Source: Victivallis vadensis
GTDB lineage: Bacteria; Verrucomicrobiota; Lentisphaeria; Victivallales; Victivallaceae
DNA: 64,000 nt
Reading direction: 5' to 3'
Assembly: GCA_040393525.1 (NCBI GenBank)
Contig: JBEBTY010000012.1
Coordinates: 15,400 to 79,399 of the forward strand
Part shown: positions 18,577 through 28,868 of the stretch, one piece after another
Numbering within the stretch: position 1 is the first letter of the stretch
Layout of the letters: the number at the start of each line of letters is the position of its first letter
Notes under the pieces: generated by a model
The model's database searches: none
Seen by the model: only the letters and a program-made list of their open reading frames with translations
What the model was told of the DNA's origin: nothing
Translations under genes and position numbers: made by a program

Positions 18577-21500
18577 ATGAAAATTCTGTCTTCGTTGTTT
18601 GCCGCTGCGCTTCTTCTTCCGCTTTGCGGGCAGGAGTTGATGCCGGATGGTTCGTTTGAAAATTCCGCGGTGGGGAAAGCGCCGAAAGGCTGGTTCGTCG
18701 GGCGGGCGCAAGGGGCGCAAAGCGTGGTCGAGGTGGTCGGCGGCGGATTGGGAACGGAGGGGAAAAATGTTTTGAAAATCATTTCGACCTCTCCGGTTAA
18801 GGCACACCGTTTCAGTCATATCACCACTTCGTTGCCGCTTGTTCCGGGGGAACGTTACCGCTTGCAGTACAATGCGCGCGGGAAAAACGTCGGCGGGTAC
18901 CAGTGGAGCTTCGGGAAGTCGTGGAAAGAGCGGTTTCGCGCTACCACGGTTTCGGAAAAATTCGAGCCGTTCTCTTACGATTTTATCGCCAAGCCGGAAG
19001 AGTTTGAGAATGGGAAATATAAAATCCAGATCCTGATCGAAGACATCGCCGATGAACTCTGGATCGATGAGATCAGCATCCACTCTCTTGCACCGCAGGT
19101 GATTCCGGCGAGCGCGTTTCTGGCGGAAAAAATCTGGCCGGTCCAGGATCTCCCCGGTGGCGGTGGAATTGCGTTCAACGCCGTTGACGGCAACTATACC
19201 GGGGACGCCAAAGCAGCGCGCCTGAGCGGAAATTTCGCAATGGCGTTCGAGAAAGACGGTCTGGTTGTGACGGCGAAAATCAAGGATCCGGTCATTCGCG
19301 TCCGTCAACATGGCGCAATGTGGACGGGTGACTCGATCCAGCTTCGGATTGACCGTACCGGAAAACGGGGCGATTCTGCCGAACTCTCCGATCTGGAGAT
19401 CGGTTTCGCTCCGGATCAAGAGCGCGTCAATACCTGGTGTTGGCAGTTTGACCGAGCGCTCAAAGAAGAGGAATGCGTAGTCGAAGGCGGCCTGACAAAC
19501 GACGGGTATCAATTCCGGGCGCTGCTGAAGTGGAAACTGCTGGACACGATCGAAACCAACCCCGACCGGTTGTTCTCCTTCAACTTCATCGTGAACAACG
19601 ACGACGGCACGGATCGGCGGGTCTGGTTTCTCGCTCCCGGAATTCATACCCCGTCCAAAAGCAGTGTAGAGAATCTGCTGGCGTGGCACCAGACGGGAGA
19701 ATTGCAGATGCGCGTTGTTCCCGATGAACCGGCATTTTGGAAAAACGCCTCCGGTCGCGTGTTCCTGACCGGTCTGGAGAGTGCGGACAGCCAGACGGCG
19801 ACGCTGGTGTTGCGTGACGGCAAAGGGCAAAGCATTCGCTCCACGGAAACGCTTCCGGTGCTGAAAAAAGGGGATATTTGCCGGTTGATTTATCATCTGG
19901 ATGCCGGGGCATTGGATAACGGCTCCGTGACACTGGAGCTGATTTTGGCGGACGGTCGCAAGATGACGGGTGAACTTCTGAAACGCAACGTCGGCGTTGA
20001 GCTGAAGGCAGGTACGGAAGCTGCCCGCAAAGAGTATCAGGAACTTTCCACCAAGCGCGACGCGGTCGGAGAAGACTGGAAAAAATCGAATTATTTGAAT
20101 ACCGGATTCTATTTGATTGATCGTCACCTCGGATTTCTGGAGCGTGACCTGAATCGCAACTACGCCTCGAAGGAAGAGGAAGAGTATTATCAGCGAATCT
20201 GCGACGTCGAGTTGACCGGTGTGCGGGAGGCTCTACAGCGGATGCGGACACTGTTGGCTCAGGGCGAAAAGGGGAAGGCTGGATTTGCCGCGTGGCGTTA
20301 CATCAGCAGCCCGGCGAAGTGTCATAACGGTTTTTTTACTGCCACCGCGGCGAGCGAAAGCGGTTCGGAAACACGCCCGCTCTTCTTTGCCGGATTCGGT
20401 CATTTTCAGGATTTGGTGCGCGACATTCCGGTCATGAACCGGATCGGGGCGAATCTGATTCAAATCGAAATCGGTCCCTCCCGTTTCTTCAAAGCTCCAA
20501 GCCCGGGGCAGGGGGATCTGGAAAATATCGATTTGGATCGGTTCCGAAATTACATCGAGAAAGCGATGCAAAGTGCGCAACAGGAAAATGTTAAGATTAG
20601 CTTGCTGATTTCCCCGCATTATCCGTTTTCCCACTTTGTCAACAAAGACCGTGCAAACACACACGACACGAATGGCCGTTATGCTTTCTATCATCGCGGA
20701 AATCGCCCGATGCTCGAAGCGTATGTGAAGGGGTTGTTCGCCGAACTGGTGAAGAGTCCTTATAAAGACACGATCCAGAGCATCGTGCTCTCCAACGAGC
20801 CGAATATGAAGACCATGACCATGTCCACCTGCTTCCTGAAGCCGGAATTTGAAACGTATCTACAGGAGCGTTTCGGATCGCTGGAGAAGTATAACAGTTT
20901 GACCGGTAAGAATTATTCTTCGATTGACGATCTGCTTGCCGCGGGGGAGGGGGATCCGGTGGCGCGTTATGCGTTCCACAGTTTCAAGCGCGAATTTTTC
21001 GCCGAATGGCATAAGTGGTTCGGCGATCTGGTGCGTGCGGCGTGGCCCGGCATGCCGACTTCTTCCAAGGTGATGGCGCTGCATAACTACTTGCCGTCAA
21101 CTTACGGCGACGCGATCGATCTGGAGTTGTTCGGCGAGATTACGGAAATCAACGGGAACGACAACTTCAGTTACTACGACTCGGCACGCTGGGGATCCAA
21201 CTGGCCGCGGCTCACCATGTCCTGCGATGTTCAGTACACGCAACGCAAGAACGCCATCGCCAACACCGAGAACCATGTGATCCCGGATGGCACCAAGGGT
21301 GCGGTGATTCCGCAACATATCTATACTTCTACCATGCAGCAATTTCTGCACGGTACCGGCTCCATCGTCACCTGGGTCTGGGTGGATCTGGATTGGGCGG
21401 CGGAACAAAAAGCGCCGATCGACCTGAAAGGCGGCGTGTTCCGTCGCCCCTCCGCGATTCTGGCGCAGAGCGAGGCGCTGCTGGATGCAAACCGGATCGC

Positions 21501-22137
21501 GGCGGATCTCATTGCATTCAATGAGGCGCCGGAACAAGTCGGCATTCTCTATTCGCCGACCAACATCATCTACAACATCAACGAAGTCTCCGCTCCGACC
21601 GAGGAGCTGTATACGCTGTTGAATTTCGGCGGTCATAAAGTCGGTTTCTTGAGTGAACGCAAGGTCGCTGCCGGCGACTTCCGCGATTACAAGATTTTGT
21701 TCCTGCCGTCGGTGCTCAATCTTGACCGGAAAGCCTCGGAACGATTGGCCGACTTCGTCCGGCAGGGTGGAACCATCTACACCTGGAAAGGGGCTCCGGT
21801 GCGGGATGAGTTCAATCGCCCGCTGACGCCGGGCTTCCAGTACACGACATTGCCGGAGAATTTGACCGAAACGGAATTTTTCTTCGCATTGGAAAAAGTT
21901 CTCGCATCGGTTCCACGCAAAGCTCCGGCGAAGGTGCTCCACCACGCCGGAAATATCGGAGTCATCACCCGCGAAGCTACCGCTAACAGTACGACATGGC
22001 TCAATTTGACCAACTATAATCGGGAAGCGCGAACCGTCGAGTTGCCCTTTTCGGCGACGGAGCTGATTTCCGGGCGCGAGTTGCAGGGGAAAGTGGAACT
22101 TGCTCCGTTGGAAGTCATGTTCCTGAAATTGAAATAA
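18577..22137 (+). CDS. Secreted GH42-like beta-galactosidase with CBM4/9- and CBM9-like domains
   Basis: Signal peptide; GSFEN CBM start; WTGDSIQLRID; QIEIGP, IVLSNEP, NTENH; trimerisation-like C-terminus. Confidence 0.7.
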   Translation: MKILSSLFAAALLLPLCGQELMPDGSFENSAVGKAPKGWFVGRAQGAQSVVEVVGGGLGTEGKNVLKIISTSPVKAHRFSHITTSLPLVPGERYRLQYNARGKNVGGYQWSFGKSWKERFRATTVSEKFEPFSYDFIAKPEEFENGKYKIQILIEDIADELWIDEISIHSLAPQVIPASAFLAEKIWPVQDLPGGGGIAFNAVDGNYTGDAKAARLSGNFAMAFEKDGLVVTAKIKDPVIRVRQHGAMWTGDSIQLRIDRTGKRGDSAELSDLEIGFAPDQERVNTWCWQFDRALKEEECVVEGGLTNDGYQFRALLKWKLLDTIETNPDRLFSFNFIVNNDDGTDRRVWFLAPGIHTPSKSSVENLLAWHQTGELQMRVVPDEPAFWKNASGRVFLTGLESADSQTATLVLRDGKGQSIRSTETLPVLKKGDICRLIYHLDAGALDNGSVTLELILADGRKMTGELLKRNVGVELKAGTEAARKEYQELSTKRDAVGEDWKKSNYLNTGFYLIDRHLGFLERDLNRNYASKEEEEYYQRICDVELTGVREALQRMRTLLAQGEKGKAGFAAWRYISSPAKCHNGFFTATAASESGSETRPLFFAGFGHFQDLVRDIPVMNRIGANLIQIEIGPSRFFKAPSPGQGDLENIDLDRFRNYIEKAMQSAQQENVKISLLISPHYPFSHFVNKDRANTHDTNGRYAFYHRGNRPMLEAYVKGLFAELVKSPYKDTIQSIVLSNEPNMKTMTMSTCFLKPEFETYLQERFGSLEKYNSLTGKNYSSIDDLLAAGEGDPVARYAFHSFKREFFAEWHKWFGDLVRAAWPGMPTSSKVMALHNYLPSTYGDAIDLELFGEITEINGNDNFSYYDSARWGSNWPRLTMSCDVQYTQRKNAIANTENHVIPDGTKGAVIPQHIYTSTMQQFLHGTGSIVTWVWVDLDWAAEQKAPIDLKGGVFRRPSAILAQSEALLDANRIAADLIAFNEAPEQVGILYSPTNIIYNINEVSAPTEELYTLLNFGGHKVGFLSERKVAAGDFRDYKILFLPSVLNLDRKASERLADFVRQGGTIYTWKGAPVRDEFNRPLTPGFQYTTLPENLTETEFFFALEKVLASVPRKAPAKVLHHAGNIGVITREATANSTTWLNLTNYNREARTVELPFSATELISGRELQGKVELAPLEVMFLKLK

Positions 22138-22147
22138 CCACAAACAG

Positions 22148-22185
22148 AAAAGCGGCTTGCCCTGAAATGGACAAGCCGCTTTTTT
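22148..22185. terminator. Bidirectional terminator
   Basis: AAAAGCGGCTTG...CAAGCCGCTTTTTT. Confidence 0.85.
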
Positions 22186-22195
22186 AATGCTTAAT

Positions 22196-25100
22196 TCAGC
22201 GTGTCAAGTGCCACGCCATGACGCCGCCGGGGAAGGCGGCAGTATCCGCAAGAAATCGAAAGCCGTCCTTGTCCGATTCTCCTTTGACCTGACCCAGCGG
22301 GGAGCCGTCGCTGCGGAGCGCCGTCACATTGAATGGCCGGGTGGTATCCAGGGTGATTTCCGCCGTGCCGCGATAAAGCAGCAGCGGGAGTTTGCCCGGA
22401 TTTTTCAGCAATGTCATGGTTTCATTTTCAAACACCATGTCGCTGTTGGCAACATTGGTAAGCTGAATGATCAGTATGGAGTTGCTCTCGCGCAATGCCT
22501 TTCCGTCCAAAGAAATCGCGGCAATGCTCTGGAAGCAGCTTGCGTTTTTGACCTTGAGCGCGTCGGCCTGCAGATCGCCGGAACGGAGCGTCAACGATTC
22601 GCAGAGCGGCGTGGCGACGGAAAACGTTCCGTGATTGCCGTCCAGCTTCAGTTGCCCGGTTGCACTTTCCGCCACGCGCTTTTCATCCGCGTTTTGCCAG
22701 AGCGCAGCGATAGTCGGGTTCCCGGCCGCATCAAACTCTTCCGATTGCTGCGGGGTGAGGAGTGTCGGGTTCCCCGCAACTTGCCTGTCGGCCGGAGCGG
22801 AACTGATTCCGGCCACCAGCCCGAGGTTCTGGAAACGGTTCGGGAAGGTGCGCGGCTCGTTGCGATCGAACACATCGTTGCTCACCGTATAAACGAATTG
22901 TTCTTTGGCCGGAGCCACGTCGCCGCGCAGAAACATCGCCACCGCGATCCGATCCGAGAGTTGTGCCATCGGGTCGTTTACCGCATCGAATCCGTCGACG
23001 TTTTTGAGTTCATAGATGCCGTTGTTGTTATGACTCCAGGCGAAACGATAAAGTCCGTCCCAATCCTGTAATGCGGCGTAAGCGCCGATCAGAGGGCCGC
23101 CTTCCGCCCGGTACATGTTGGGGCTGCAGAAGTTGAACTCCGTCACGACAAAAGGTTTTCCGTGGATGCGTGTCGGCATCATCCCGCGCGGAACTTGCGC
23201 CATTCTGGCGATGGCGGAACCTTGGTTGTAGCTGTAAGGCAGCCGCCAGGCGTGTTCCGGAAAGCCGGGGTGATCGAAATATGCGTGATTATCCACCACA
23301 TCAAAACGGTCCCGCAGCAGTGTAAGCGGCGTATCATTGATAAAGTTCAAGCTGGTGATTGTCGCTTTGACCTTCAATTCGTTTTTCACGAAATCGATTT
23401 GTTCGGCCAGAACCTTCTCCTGCAACTCGTGCAGGAACTTCAGGAAAACCGGATTGGTGTTGGCCGCGGGGGAGTCGGGCAGTTGTTTCTCCGCCCGATA
23501 TTTTCGGAACGCCTGTTCATACAGCTTGACCGAGGTAGGCGAACCACTCCAGCTGGAGCTGAGCACTTCTTCGTTGATCAGATTCAGGCACCAGAGTGCG
23601 GGTTCTTCTCCCCAGGTGAGTCCGGTGTACGGGTTTTTGTGCGACATCCAACGCCGGGCGAACTCTTTCCAATTCTCCATCGCGTCGCGGCTGACTGGAA
23701 TCAGCATTTTCATCTGGCGTTGATTGTAGAAGTCACACTCCGCGATCCGATCTCCCGGCTTGAACACCCGGTTGGTATAAAGGTCGGTGGTGATGTAGAT
23801 GCCGGATTCCTTCATACGATAAACCAGATAGTCGAGCATATCGAGTTTCACCGGGTCGAAGGTCAGGCTGTCCGGGGTGTTCCGGTCGAGCAGATCGGTG
23901 TCGTGATGATGCAGGCGCACAGTATTGTAGCCGCTGCGGATGAAGTATTCGGCCATCTCGTCCACCGCTTCTTTGGAGAGATAATTGGCGGAGAAACAGA
24001 GGTTCGGTCCATAAAAGCGAATTCGTTTCTGTTGCGCGTTTTCAAAGGTCAATTTGCCGTTTTTACCCGGAATGATCCGGCCGTATTTTCCGGCGGGCGC
24101 ATCTTGCAGAAAGGAGAAATCAAGCGGACTGCCTTTGATGATTTTTCGGTTGAAGTCAAGTTTTTTCCAACGGGAATTTTCCTGAATGGTCAACTCTTTC
24201 CCCTGAAAAGTCCGGAACCGCACCGGCTGATCCGTCAGTGTTGCTCCGACAATCATCCACATCGCCTGTTCGGATGCGATTCGCAGCGTGAGTTGCACCG
24301 GACCGGGACGCTTCAGGGAGAAGCTGGAAGCGTAAAGCCCGATCCGGGCGTCCGGATTCTCTTCGCTCCAGGCGATGACCGCGTTGTCACCGCGGGTCGG
24401 ATTCCACCAGTTACCGCAATCTTTGCACGCCATCACCGGGAGCGTTTCCTGCGTGTTGTCCGGGTAGTGAGCGATGATTTCGCCCAGAACCATCCCGGCG
24501 GGGGGCGTCCAGGCGGAAGCGTGAAGCAAATTAACACTCTGAGCAGTATTATCGGGAGGCAGAAGCAACGTGGTGCTTTTCGGGAACTCTCCGCGCTCGC
24601 CACCGGCCAGAACCAATGCGGATCTGCCGTCATTCTTGGCCGGATCGGTGATGAGAAATTCGATGCTGTCCACCCTGCGAAGTTCCGGCGTGAATTTGCG
24701 CAGGTCGTTATGGGGACCCTGATCTGTCCATCCGCCCTTGCCGTCGCCCGCGACGTCGTCGACGAATCCCATGTTGGCTGCCTTATCCAGAGAAATCGGA
24801 GTGCCTTTTGTCGATTCGATGCGAAACGTCAGGCGGAGTTTTGCCTGCGAGATTTTTCCGCTTTCCGGTTGTGCGCCGAAGCGGATGGCGAAGGTGTCGT
24901 TGTTATATTGGCGATTGTCCTGAATCGTCAGCCGGCACGGTTCTTCCGGTGTGACGACAAGTATGCTTCCTCCAGCGAAGGGGATGCGTACTTCCCGCAC
25001 GGAGGGCGCCTGCATCAAAATCAATTTGTCTTGTTTGGCCGGAAGCACAATCTCCTTTCCGTCCACCTGCAACATCCACTCTTTTGCGGGAAGGAAGAAG

Positions 25101-26065
25101 GCACCGTGCAGTGCGTTCAGCGTGACCGGTGCGTCGAATGCGGCATCGAATCGCAATTGGAATGCGTTGTCCCTGTCAGCCATGATTTGTTCCGTCACCT
25201 TTGCCTGTTGCGCGTCCACAATCAGTTTGGCCGAGAGATCCAGCCCGTCCGACGTCAGGTTGGCGCGGATATCCTGCCAATCGCGATTGACGGCGGGGCG
25301 CCAACTGGCGGAATAGCTCTGTATCATGAAGCTGCCTTCTCCGAGCGTGAAGCTGCCGTTTTGTGCAATTTTCAGCTCTTTCGGCAAACTTCCGGCCGGT
25401 CGGGTCGCTGTTGTTTCTCCGGCGGGGGCGATTCGGAAATCGAGTTGCAATTTCGCTTCCGAAATCATCCCGTGCCCGGGATCGGCGGCGATGCGGACGG
25501 CAAAACTGTTACGCTTGAAATGGCGATCGTCCTGCACAGTCATCCGAAACGGTTCCGTCGAGGAGATGAGAAGCTCCTTGCCGTCCCCGGTCGGGAGAAC
25601 CAGTTGACGGACGTGAACGTTTTGATACGCAATTAACTCTTTGAATTCCGCCGGGAGCACAATCGCTTTTCCGTCCACGGTGATGTTGGTGAGCGCCGTC
25701 GGCATGGTCAATGCGGCATGCAGGCTGTTCGCCTGTGCCGGTTGCTTTTGCGCAAGCTGAAAATTCAGGGAAAACTCCTGTTCGCCTCGGGCGTTGAATT
25801 GTTCGGAAACGTTGGCCGTTATCCCATCCACGGAGAAGGCTCCGGTCAGGAGGAATTGATTTTCACTTTGCGTAACGTTCCGGTTTTCCCAACCCTGGTT
25901 GTCGGTGAACTTCCATTGGGCGGAGTAGTGCTGAATGGAGAAGTCGAGCTTTCCTGCTCGGAATGTCCCATTCGGCTTGAATTCGATTCCCGCGGGGAAC
26001 TGTGCCGCGGCGGGGAGGGCGGCGGCGACGCAGATTGCGCAAAAAATGAGGCGAATAGTTGACAT
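22196..26065 (-). CDS. Large secreted GH5-like hydrolase with duplicated N-terminal domains
   Basis: Start placed at MSTIRLIF (signal peptide); RFYGPNL, GYNTVRLHHHD, NPYTG...LINEE, VTEFN. Confidence 0.72.
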   Translation of the reverse strand: MSTIRLIFCAICVAAALPAAAQFPAGIEFKPNGTFRAGKLDFSIQHYSAQWKFTDNQGWENRNVTQSENQFLLTGAFSVDGITANVSEQFNARGEQEFSLNFQLAQKQPAQANSLHAALTMPTALTNITVDGKAIVLPAEFKELIAYQNVHVRQLVLPTGDGKELLISSTEPFRMTVQDDRHFKRNSFAVRIAADPGHGMISEAKLQLDFRIAPAGETTATRPAGSLPKELKIAQNGSFTLGEGSFMIQSYSASWRPAVNRDWQDIRANLTSDGLDLSAKLIVDAQQAKVTEQIMADRDNAFQLRFDAAFDAPVTLNALHGAFFLPAKEWMLQVDGKEIVLPAKQDKLILMQAPSVREVRIPFAGGSILVVTPEEPCRLTIQDNRQYNNDTFAIRFGAQPESGKISQAKLRLTFRIESTKGTPISLDKAANMGFVDDVAGDGKGGWTDQGPHNDLRKFTPELRRVDSIEFLITDPAKNDGRSALVLAGGERGEFPKSTTLLLPPDNTAQSVNLLHASAWTPPAGMVLGEIIAHYPDNTQETLPVMACKDCGNWWNPTRGDNAVIAWSEENPDARIGLYASSFSLKRPGPVQLTLRIASEQAMWMIVGATLTDQPVRFRTFQGKELTIQENSRWKKLDFNRKIIKGSPLDFSFLQDAPAGKYGRIIPGKNGKLTFENAQQKRIRFYGPNLCFSANYLSKEAVDEMAEYFIRSGYNTVRLHHHDTDLLDRNTPDSLTFDPVKLDMLDYLVYRMKESGIYITTDLYTNRVFKPGDRIAECDFYNQRQMKMLIPVSRDAMENWKEFARRWMSHKNPYTGLTWGEEPALWCLNLINEEVLSSSWSGSPTSVKLYEQAFRKYRAEKQLPDSPAANTNPVFLKFLHELQEKVLAEQIDFVKNELKVKATITSLNFINDTPLTLLRDRFDVVDNHAYFDHPGFPEHAWRLPYSYNQGSAIARMAQVPRGMMPTRIHGKPFVVTEFNFCSPNMYRAEGGPLIGAYAALQDWDGLYRFAWSHNNNGIYELKNVDGFDAVNDPMAQLSDRIAVAMFLRGDVAPAKEQFVYTVSNDVFDRNEPRTFPNRFQNLGLVAGISSAPADRQVAGNPTLLTPQQSEEFDAAGNPTIAALWQNADEKRVAESATGQLKLDGNHGTFSVATPLCESLTLRSGDLQADALKVKNASCFQSIAAISLDGKALRESNSILIIQLTNVANSDMVFENETMTLLKNPGKLPLLLYRGTAEITLDTTRPFNVTALRSDGSPLGQVKGESDKDGFRFLADTAAFPGGVMAWHLTR

Positions 26066-26084
26066 GGCGCGTCCTTTCCAAGGA

Positions 26085-26765
26085 TTAAAATGCGACGTCG
26101 AAGTTCCAGTTTGCGAATTTTTCCTTCCATTCCGTGCGGCTTGCCGCACTGACATGCCCGTCCAGCCAGCCGGTGTTGATGAAATTGGTGCTGTGAACCA
26201 GCCACGGAACTCCCGCCCAGGTTTTCGAGAACGGCCATATCTTGCAGTGATTGTTGTCGATATCCTGCCGCCGGGTGTCGGCGAGCGTGACGAAATCGGA
26301 TGGTTTCTTCACCTTGTGTATCACCAGATAAGAACTGTTGGCGACCCCAGTTTCCACAACCCAGCCGTTTCCGGAGGCTTTGCCCTCCTTGTAAGCTCCG
26401 TTATCCACCAGAAGTCCGCCGTAATTGAAACCGTAAGTATGTTCATTGTAGAGCTTTGCCAGATCAGTTCCGGTCGGAGCCGGGTTGGCTGACGGGCACA
26501 TGAAACTCTTCGGAGAATGTTCCGAGATCAGTCCGGCGTCTTTTAATACCGAGGAGTAGCTGGGGCCTTCTCCCATGATACATCCACCGTATGCGTCAGT
26601 ATAGAGTGTAATTGCGGTCATCATCTGTTTCAGGTTGCCGATACAGACGGTGCTGCGTGCTTTGCTCCGCGCCTGATTCAGCGCCGGAAGGAGCATGGCG
26701 GCCAAAATTGCGATGATGGCAATTACGACCAGGAGTTCAATCAGAGTGAATGATGTTCGTTTCAT
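26085..26765 (-). CDS. Prepilin-type N-terminal cleavage/methylation protein with H-X10-DG motif (DUF1559-like)
   Basis: [33 protein letters not shown]...CIGNLKQM; [14 protein letters not shown]. Confidence 0.9.
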   Translation of the reverse strand: MKRTSFTLIELLVVIAIIAILAAMLLPALNQARSKARSTVCIGNLKQMMTAITLYTDAYGGCIMGEGPSYSSVLKDAGLISEHSPKSFMCPSANPAPTGTDLAKLYNEHTYGFNYGGLLVDNGAYKEGKASGNGWVVETGVANSSYLVIHKVKKPSDFVTLADTRRQDIDNNHCKIWPFSKTWAGVPWLVHSTNFINTGWLDGHVSAASRTEWKEKFANWNFDVAF

Positions 26766-26772
26766 ATTGCTA

Positions 26773-27591
26773 CTACCTTTCTGTTGGGAGTTCTTTTTGC
26801 TTGTCGAAATAACCGCTCGGGGTATCGAAGGTACAGCCTTCGGAGATCAGGAATTCAATGATTTCCCGGAACCCTGTCCAACGCGGAGTGTCTTTCTCCC
26901 AGCCCCATTGTTGCGGGTGTCCCTGCAAGGTGACGACGCGTTGTTTCTTGCCGTTTTTCTTCCACTGCTCCTTGAACTTCGCGAGGTCGGGAACAAAGAT
27001 GGGGTTCTCCAGATTGATCGGCCGATCGTAGATGAATTTTCCGCTTGTCGCCTCTAATTCGCGTGGGCCATAGAACCAGATTTCCAGCTCGGGGACTTCG
27101 CTCAGTGCCCGGGCGGTTCCCGCATTTACGCCGCTCCAGTGAGGGCCGAAGGCGCGAAACGGAAATCCGAGTTTAGCCATCGTCAGATCCTGGCATTTTC
27201 GCAGAATCGCTTTTTGCTCTTCGTAAGAGCCTTCAAATTCTGCCGCTTCCTGTGTGCCGTCCGGTAACTTGTCGCGACTGGAGCGGAAGCCGTGGCACCA
27301 GAATTCCACCTGTCCGCTTTCGTGCAGGCGTTTGATCCAATCGATGGTTGGCTGGTGGTCGATTTCAAATGTTTCGCAGTGGACGCCGAGGCTGTACTTG
27401 ATCTCTTTAGAAGAGAGGAATTCATGCAGAATCTGCCACGGATACCGAATCTCAGTCTTTCCTTTCAACCCTTTGGATGTGACATCATCCAGTTTCAGGA
27501 TAATCACTGGGCGGGATTCGTCCGCCGCCGCACGGTTTGGCAATGCGCCCGTCGTCAAGATCAGTGCGAAGATCAGAAAAAAATATTTCAT
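26773..27591 (-). CDS. Secreted polysaccharide-deacetylase-like protein (DUF2334-like)
   Basis: Signal peptide; IILKLDD, EFWCHG, FGPHW, LQGHP. Confidence 0.7.
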   Translation of the reverse strand: MKYFFLIFALILTTGALPNRAAADESRPVIILKLDDVTSKGLKGKTEIRYPWQILHEFLSSKEIKYSLGVHCETFEIDHQPTIDWIKRLHESGQVEFWCHGFRSSRDKLPDGTQEAAEFEGSYEEQKAILRKCQDLTMAKLGFPFRAFGPHWSGVNAGTARALSEVPELEIWFYGPRELEATSGKFIYDRPINLENPIFVPDLAKFKEQWKKNGKKQRVVTLQGHPQQWGWEKDTPRWTGFREIIEFLISEGCTFDTPSGYFDKQKELPTER

Positions 27592-27592
27592 A

Positions 27593-28684
27593 TCAAGACG
27601 TCTCCCTAATCATCAATGTTGGCTGCAAGATTTTGATGGTATGACTGTTGCGTGGACGATTCTGACGACGCAGCAGAAGTTCGAGCGCATTGCGGATCTG
27701 TTCGGCAAACGGTTGGCGCACTGCGGTAATCGCCAATTTGGTGACTTTTTGCGCGATGGCGTAATCGTTGTACATCACCAGCGAAACATCTTCGGGAATT
27801 CTTCGCCCGGCAGCTCGGAGCGCGTTTACTGTGCCGATGGTGGCCCAATCTCCGTGGACGATCACGCCGTCGAATTCTTGCTTTTCACGGATGATCTGTG
27901 TGATGATTTCGGCAGAGTCCTCTTCTGCAAACGGGGTGATTTCATAATGTCGCCGCTCCATCGGGGAAGTCAGGGAGAACTCCTCCAAAGCCCGGTAGAA
28001 GCCGTTGAGTTTTTCCTGGTTTATCTTCTCCTGAAGGTTTCCGTGCAGAAAGATGAGGTTGCGGCGGCCGCGTTCCAACAGATGCCGGGTGGCCATGTAG
28101 ATGCCGCCGAAGTTATCGATGGCGATGCAAGAGATCTCCTGATCGTCTTCCGGCGTCTGCAGTGCAATGAAATTGCGCCGTTTCCCTTCCAGTACGGCGA
28201 TCTCTTCCGGCGTGAGCTGTTTGGCGAAGATCAGTCCATCGTAGTCGCTGAGAGCGATGTCCTGACGCTCGAAGGATTCCATGAAATTCCGGTCGCTCGG
28301 CCGGATGATGATGAAGTTTGCCGAAAAATCGAACATGTTTCCATGATGAAACAATCCCATCATCAAGCTGGTGAAGTAAGGGTCGACTTCACTGTAGTTA
28401 TCTGCATGCACCCCGGTGGCGACGATGGCGATGTTGCGCCGGCTGGAGAAGCGGATCTCTGCGCTGTTGACGAATGTTCCATTGCCGCGCACTCGGCGGA
28501 TCAGCTTCAAATCTTCCAACTGCCGCAGGCCGGCGCGAATGGTCACGCGGGAACAATTGTGCGCCCGGGCAAGCTCCATCTCGGTCGCCAGACGCGTTCC
28601 ATGTGGCAGATCGCCGCAGCGGATCGATTCGTAGATCGTCTGGAAAATGTGTTCGCTTTTCGTAAGATCGCGTTGCACTATCAT
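27593..28684 (-). CDS. GntR-HTH / LacI-type sugar-binding regulator
   Basis: LATEMELARAHNCSRVTIRAGL...VRGNGTFV; C-terminal GRRIPEDVSLVMYND, TAVRQP. Confidence 0.88.
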   Translation of the reverse strand: MIVQRDLTKSEHIFQTIYESIRCGDLPHGTRLATEMELARAHNCSRVTIRAGLRQLEDLKLIRRVRGNGTFVNSAEIRFSSRRNIAIVATGVHADNYSEVDPYFTSLMMGLFHHGNMFDFSANFIIIRPSDRNFMESFERQDIALSDYDGLIFAKQLTPEEIAVLEGKRRNFIALQTPEDDQEISCIAIDNFGGIYMATRHLLERGRRNLIFLHGNLQEKINQEKLNGFYRALEEFSLTSPMERRHYEITPFAEEDSAEIITQIIREKQEFDGVIVHGDWATIGTVNALRAAGRRIPEDVSLVMYNDYAIAQKVTKLAITAVRQPFAEQIRNALELLLRRQNRPRNSHTIKILQPTLMIRETS

Positions 28685-28817
28685 AATACTTTATCTCATC
28701 CGGTTGTTTCTTGTCTGGGTATAATTATGATTCATTTGTACGGCAAAAGCAATCATGCGAAAAGCGAAAAGAGTATATTTATACGTCATATGATACATGC
28801 GGAATACATATGAGCGT

Positions 28818-28854
28818 AAAAAAATCGACACCGGATATATAGCTCCGGTGTCGA
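28818..28854 (-). terminator. Intrinsic terminator
   Basis: A7, then TCGACACCGGA...TCCGGTGTCGA. Confidence 0.8.
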
Positions 28855-28868
28855 CGGGGTGATTGTTG

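Noticed and set aside
16194-20127. 555- and 525-aa minus-strand ORFs
   Set aside because: Antisense shadows of the two large glycoside hydrolases.
23162-25636. 824-aa plus-strand ORF
   Set aside because: Antisense to the GH5-like gene; no RBS or family motif.
27254-28813. 519-aa plus-strand ORF
   Set aside because: Shadow of the regulator and deacetylase genes.
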